DNA of 60,573 nt, counting the filler. It is 7 parts of 7 records of this genome, joined end to end, with 100 filler letters (N's around TTAATTAATTAA, not from the genome) between each part and the next. Parts side by side here need not be neighbours in the genome. Positions count along the whole stretch, not along the records: positions 51,061 to 60,573 come from SRR31156797_28448; 6 more parts are not named here. One strand, 5' to 3'. Shown piece after piece: positions 59,101-60,573 of the stretch (positions are counted from its first letter, which is position 1; each line of letters starts with the position of its first letter). The translations under genes and the position numbers were made by a program. Under the pieces are notes generated by a model. It ran no database searches. It was given only the letters and a program-made list of their open reading frames with translations, and had not been told where the DNA came from.

Positions 59101-60101
59101 ACAATTTTCAACCCAGCAGTAGCGATGTTTCCCTGCAAGCGAGATCCCTCCCTATAGAGCTTCCGGACACTTTTTCGGTTCTCACAAACGGTGACATTCG
59201 CATAAAAGGAAAAAATCGCAAGGCAAAGGCCACAGGAGAAATCATTCTGTTAGAGGGCGTTTACTACAAGGATATCAACTTCAACCTTTTGGACATCGCC
59301 TCCTCGGCAACAACCCGACGACGGGCCGAACCGGTAGCATCAAAACCGCTGCAACTGCCCTATTTGGACTCCGTCGATCTGGACATCGCCATCCGACATC
59401 GGCAACCCTTTGAAGTGCAGAACAATCTAGCGGAGTTGGCGATCCGGCCGGATCTGAGGATCAGGGGAACCCTTTCAAATCCGATCATTAACGGTAGAGC
59501 ACAAGTGAGCGACGGAATCATCACATTTCAACGGAGAGAGTTCAATGTGAAGAAAGGGGTAATCGACTTTGTGGATCCCTATAGGACAGAACCGGACATC
59601 GATATCGAAAGCGAAGCACAAATCCGGGATTGGGCGGTTAATCTGGCAATCGAGGGAACACTGGACAACCTCGTATTCACACTCACGTCGGTGCCTTCGG
59701 AAACGGAAGCGGATATTATATCCCTCATCCTTTTCGGCCGAACCACCCGGGAACTCTCAAGCGGAGAAGGCGGCTCAACACTTACCACCAACCAAATCAT
59801 AGCAGAAATGATCGCCGACACCTTTGGCGAGGACATTAGACAGAATGCGGGCATCGACATCCTTCAACTGGAAACGGCCGACGGTTCCGATGACAGCAAA
59901 ACCGGCAGCGTCAGGGTGACCGTCGGAAAGCATCTTTCCGACCGCATGACCGTCAAGTATGCCGTTGAAACCGTAGACGGACAATCGACACAGTGGGCCA
60001 TCATGGAATATAAACTGCTCGAGCGGATTCTCGTCAATGGATCCCAGAGTTCGCATGGGTTGTTTGGGGGGGAACTGATATACAGAATCGAATTCAGATA
60101 A
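56196..60101 (+). CDS. tamB: Translocation and assembly module TamB (DUF490)
   Basis: N-terminal anchor, long beta-taco repeats, C-terminal L.S.P...EADIISLILFG...VGK.LSDR, ending YRIEFR. Confidence 0.88.
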   Translation: MKTALKILAKMTSLFMVVLLLAILGFLGWIKSDHCLLWVQRKINAAIPGQIFIESHTLSFFPLQINLYDTVLSDDKETSLAGFSHLLVRVNIPAFLEKAIVFETLSLESPWAAISVQENGKLNIVAALSSGSAKEDQVTDKQGFPLNLVFHAIHLTDGKFQLKSTNGSLPLEASGIDISAKGNLKERSGNLELNVPHLTFSGSGFHPEPAKVSLSARLEGDRLDIPGLNLTSGLSALHLSGTTTGFLPEPEVDAVISITSRLSELKTLLDIKGDYQGPVSIKIEAKGKVKNPMADLALTLGKGRVAGQPVDQANLLLSLQDRKVEIREATWRLAGGAITLGGAIDLQTTFPSGLLVPPKNPETIAYSLNLETDIPNLQPWLEKHFELKGKATLEASITGKGFVWPDLSAAVSMKAGASDLIAPGMDRSIGADATVTAEVGGDGIHLSLLEITSDDARLSGEGNLQMDRRTVDGNVSLAADELSRILTVVGVPFVGGSLETSMIVGGTLEKPHFSASFTSKDLKLDRVTMGDIETEVRLENETLRVEQFTLINKDSKIAATGNIRLFTQGSFFKPVKDPEFNLTLSSEQFNPKHFIDSASGNFKMRGSLSGSIGDPAGNIVLAGDQIDLFGQTIQSMTFDARLEKGRLWLDKVLAELVPGEQVRGGGWLDMDQTMDLHLRSDSIDISHIQPLKDIFPGGSLLELDVSAQGVMQNPEIDGRLTVTDIVVNGEPIDDIKLHVYLKEMQAKAVGNLNFDIDADYDVRKGDFNASFLFDQTETRDYFKAAGIQDINGTLSGHVKAAGNVNQIDQLSADLVLKDIGLFHKGQTLFRSEHLAARLENSKLSIPEFEVELLSSGHIKVKGEADLGGSLDFTADGRIPIAAAAPFTELLTEAEGFISIKGSLSGKPNSARYDARIDLENIGVTVPELAQQLHGLNGTIVLTPDVIQLDDCNGFLDTGSFSIEGTIGHDNFQPSSSDVSLQARSLPIELPDTFSVLTNGDIRIKGKNRKAKATGEIILLEGVYYKDINFNLLDIASSATTRRRAEPVASKPLQLPYLDSVDLDIAIRHRQPFEVQNNLAELAIRPDLRIRGTLSNPIINGRAQVSDGIITFQRREFNVKKGVIDFVDPYRTEPDIDIESEAQIRDWAVNLAIEGTLDNLVFTLTSVPSETEADIISLILFGRTTRELSSGEGGSTLTTNQIIAEMIADTFGEDIRQNAGIDILQLETADGSDDSKTGSVRVTVGKHLSDRMTVKYAVETVDGQSTQWAIMEYKLLERILVNGSQSSHGLFGGELIYRIEFR

Positions 60102-60208
60102 GGTGTGGCCGTGTTCATGGAATTTAACCGAATCAATCGAAAAAGAGTTTTCGATTTAAGTCCGGAATCCAATTTTGAGATCATTGGATTGCCGCGTAAG
60201 AGACAGCA

Positions 60209-60573
60209 TTGATCAAGTCCTCCAACCAAATCGTTTTCGTCCTCCTCTTCGGAATGCTTCTGGTATTTCCGGCTATCGCGCCGTCCGAAGAGGAGAACAC
60301 CAGTGAGCCTCCGATTTCCATTGCCGCTGAACCATCCGTTACTGTGGGCGAGGTTCTCGTGGAAATCGATGGCTACGAAGAGGACAAAGACTACTACGCC
60401 GACATGGCGAAACAATTGATCACGGTCCAGCCCGGAGAACCGTTGGGTGAAACCGCCCTGAAGGAAAGCGTTCAGGCGCTGAAATTGAGCAACCGATTCA
60501 GTCACATTCATGTGGACTCGTCTACCCAAACGGACGGCGAGACACTGATTTTTTCCCTAACACCCTTTCTTTA
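60209..60573 (+). CDS. Omp85-family (BamA/TamA) protein N-terminus, 3'-truncated; missing from ORF track
   Basis: TTG start, signal peptide, then POTRA-like LITVQPGEPLGETALKESVQALKLSNRFSHIHV...LIFSLTP; follows tamB. Confidence 0.75.
   Translation, partial: MIKSSNQIVFVLLFGMLLVFPAIAPSEEENTSEPPISIAAEPSVTVGEVLVEIDGYEEDKDYYADMAKQLITVQPGEPLGETALKESVQALKLSNRFSHIHVDSSTQTDGETLIFSLTPFL

Overview
This is not one genome. It is seven unrelated contigs joined by artificial 100-nt linkers (N44-TTAATTAATTAA-N44), and taxonomic calls are inferred from protein content and composition. (1) 1-13672, Methanosarcinaceae (Methanolobus-like) archaeon: carS, split ccmF, xseAB, Tad-type ATPase/membrane pair, radical SAM, uppS, tRNA 3' end. 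(2) 13773-22037, GC-rich spirochaete: M23 peptidase, an rpsU missed by the ORF track, M16C peptidase, DUF4105/Lnb-like protein, a bacterial histone, coaX-pdxS-pdxT. (3) 22138-27768, methanogen: peroxiredoxin pseudogene and a giant 10-PAS/GAF histidine kinase. (4) 27869-34451, very AT-rich, probably diderm bacterium (Fusobacteriota-like, uncertain): beta-barrel protein, response regulator, LruC lipoprotein, oppA. (5) 34552-45314, spirochaete: dnaE, a PglF-DegT-XdhLSM-like operon, SPOR protein, TylF, IS91 remnant, 5S rRNA fragment. (6) 45415-50960, Bacteroidota: nif-associated small protein, GH35, GH43, palindromic tandem repeats. (7) 51061-60573, Desulfobacterales-like: M16C, MscS, flgM, tamB, bamA/tamA. 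The best leads are: (a) a xanthine-dehydrogenase-like complex whose molybdenum-cofactor motifs look systematically lost, translationally coupled to amino-sugar biosynthesis genes; (b) a standalone bacterial histone gene; (c) rpsU apparently initiating at AUC behind a perfect Shine-Dalgarno; (d) a ~40-bp-period palindromic repeat array.
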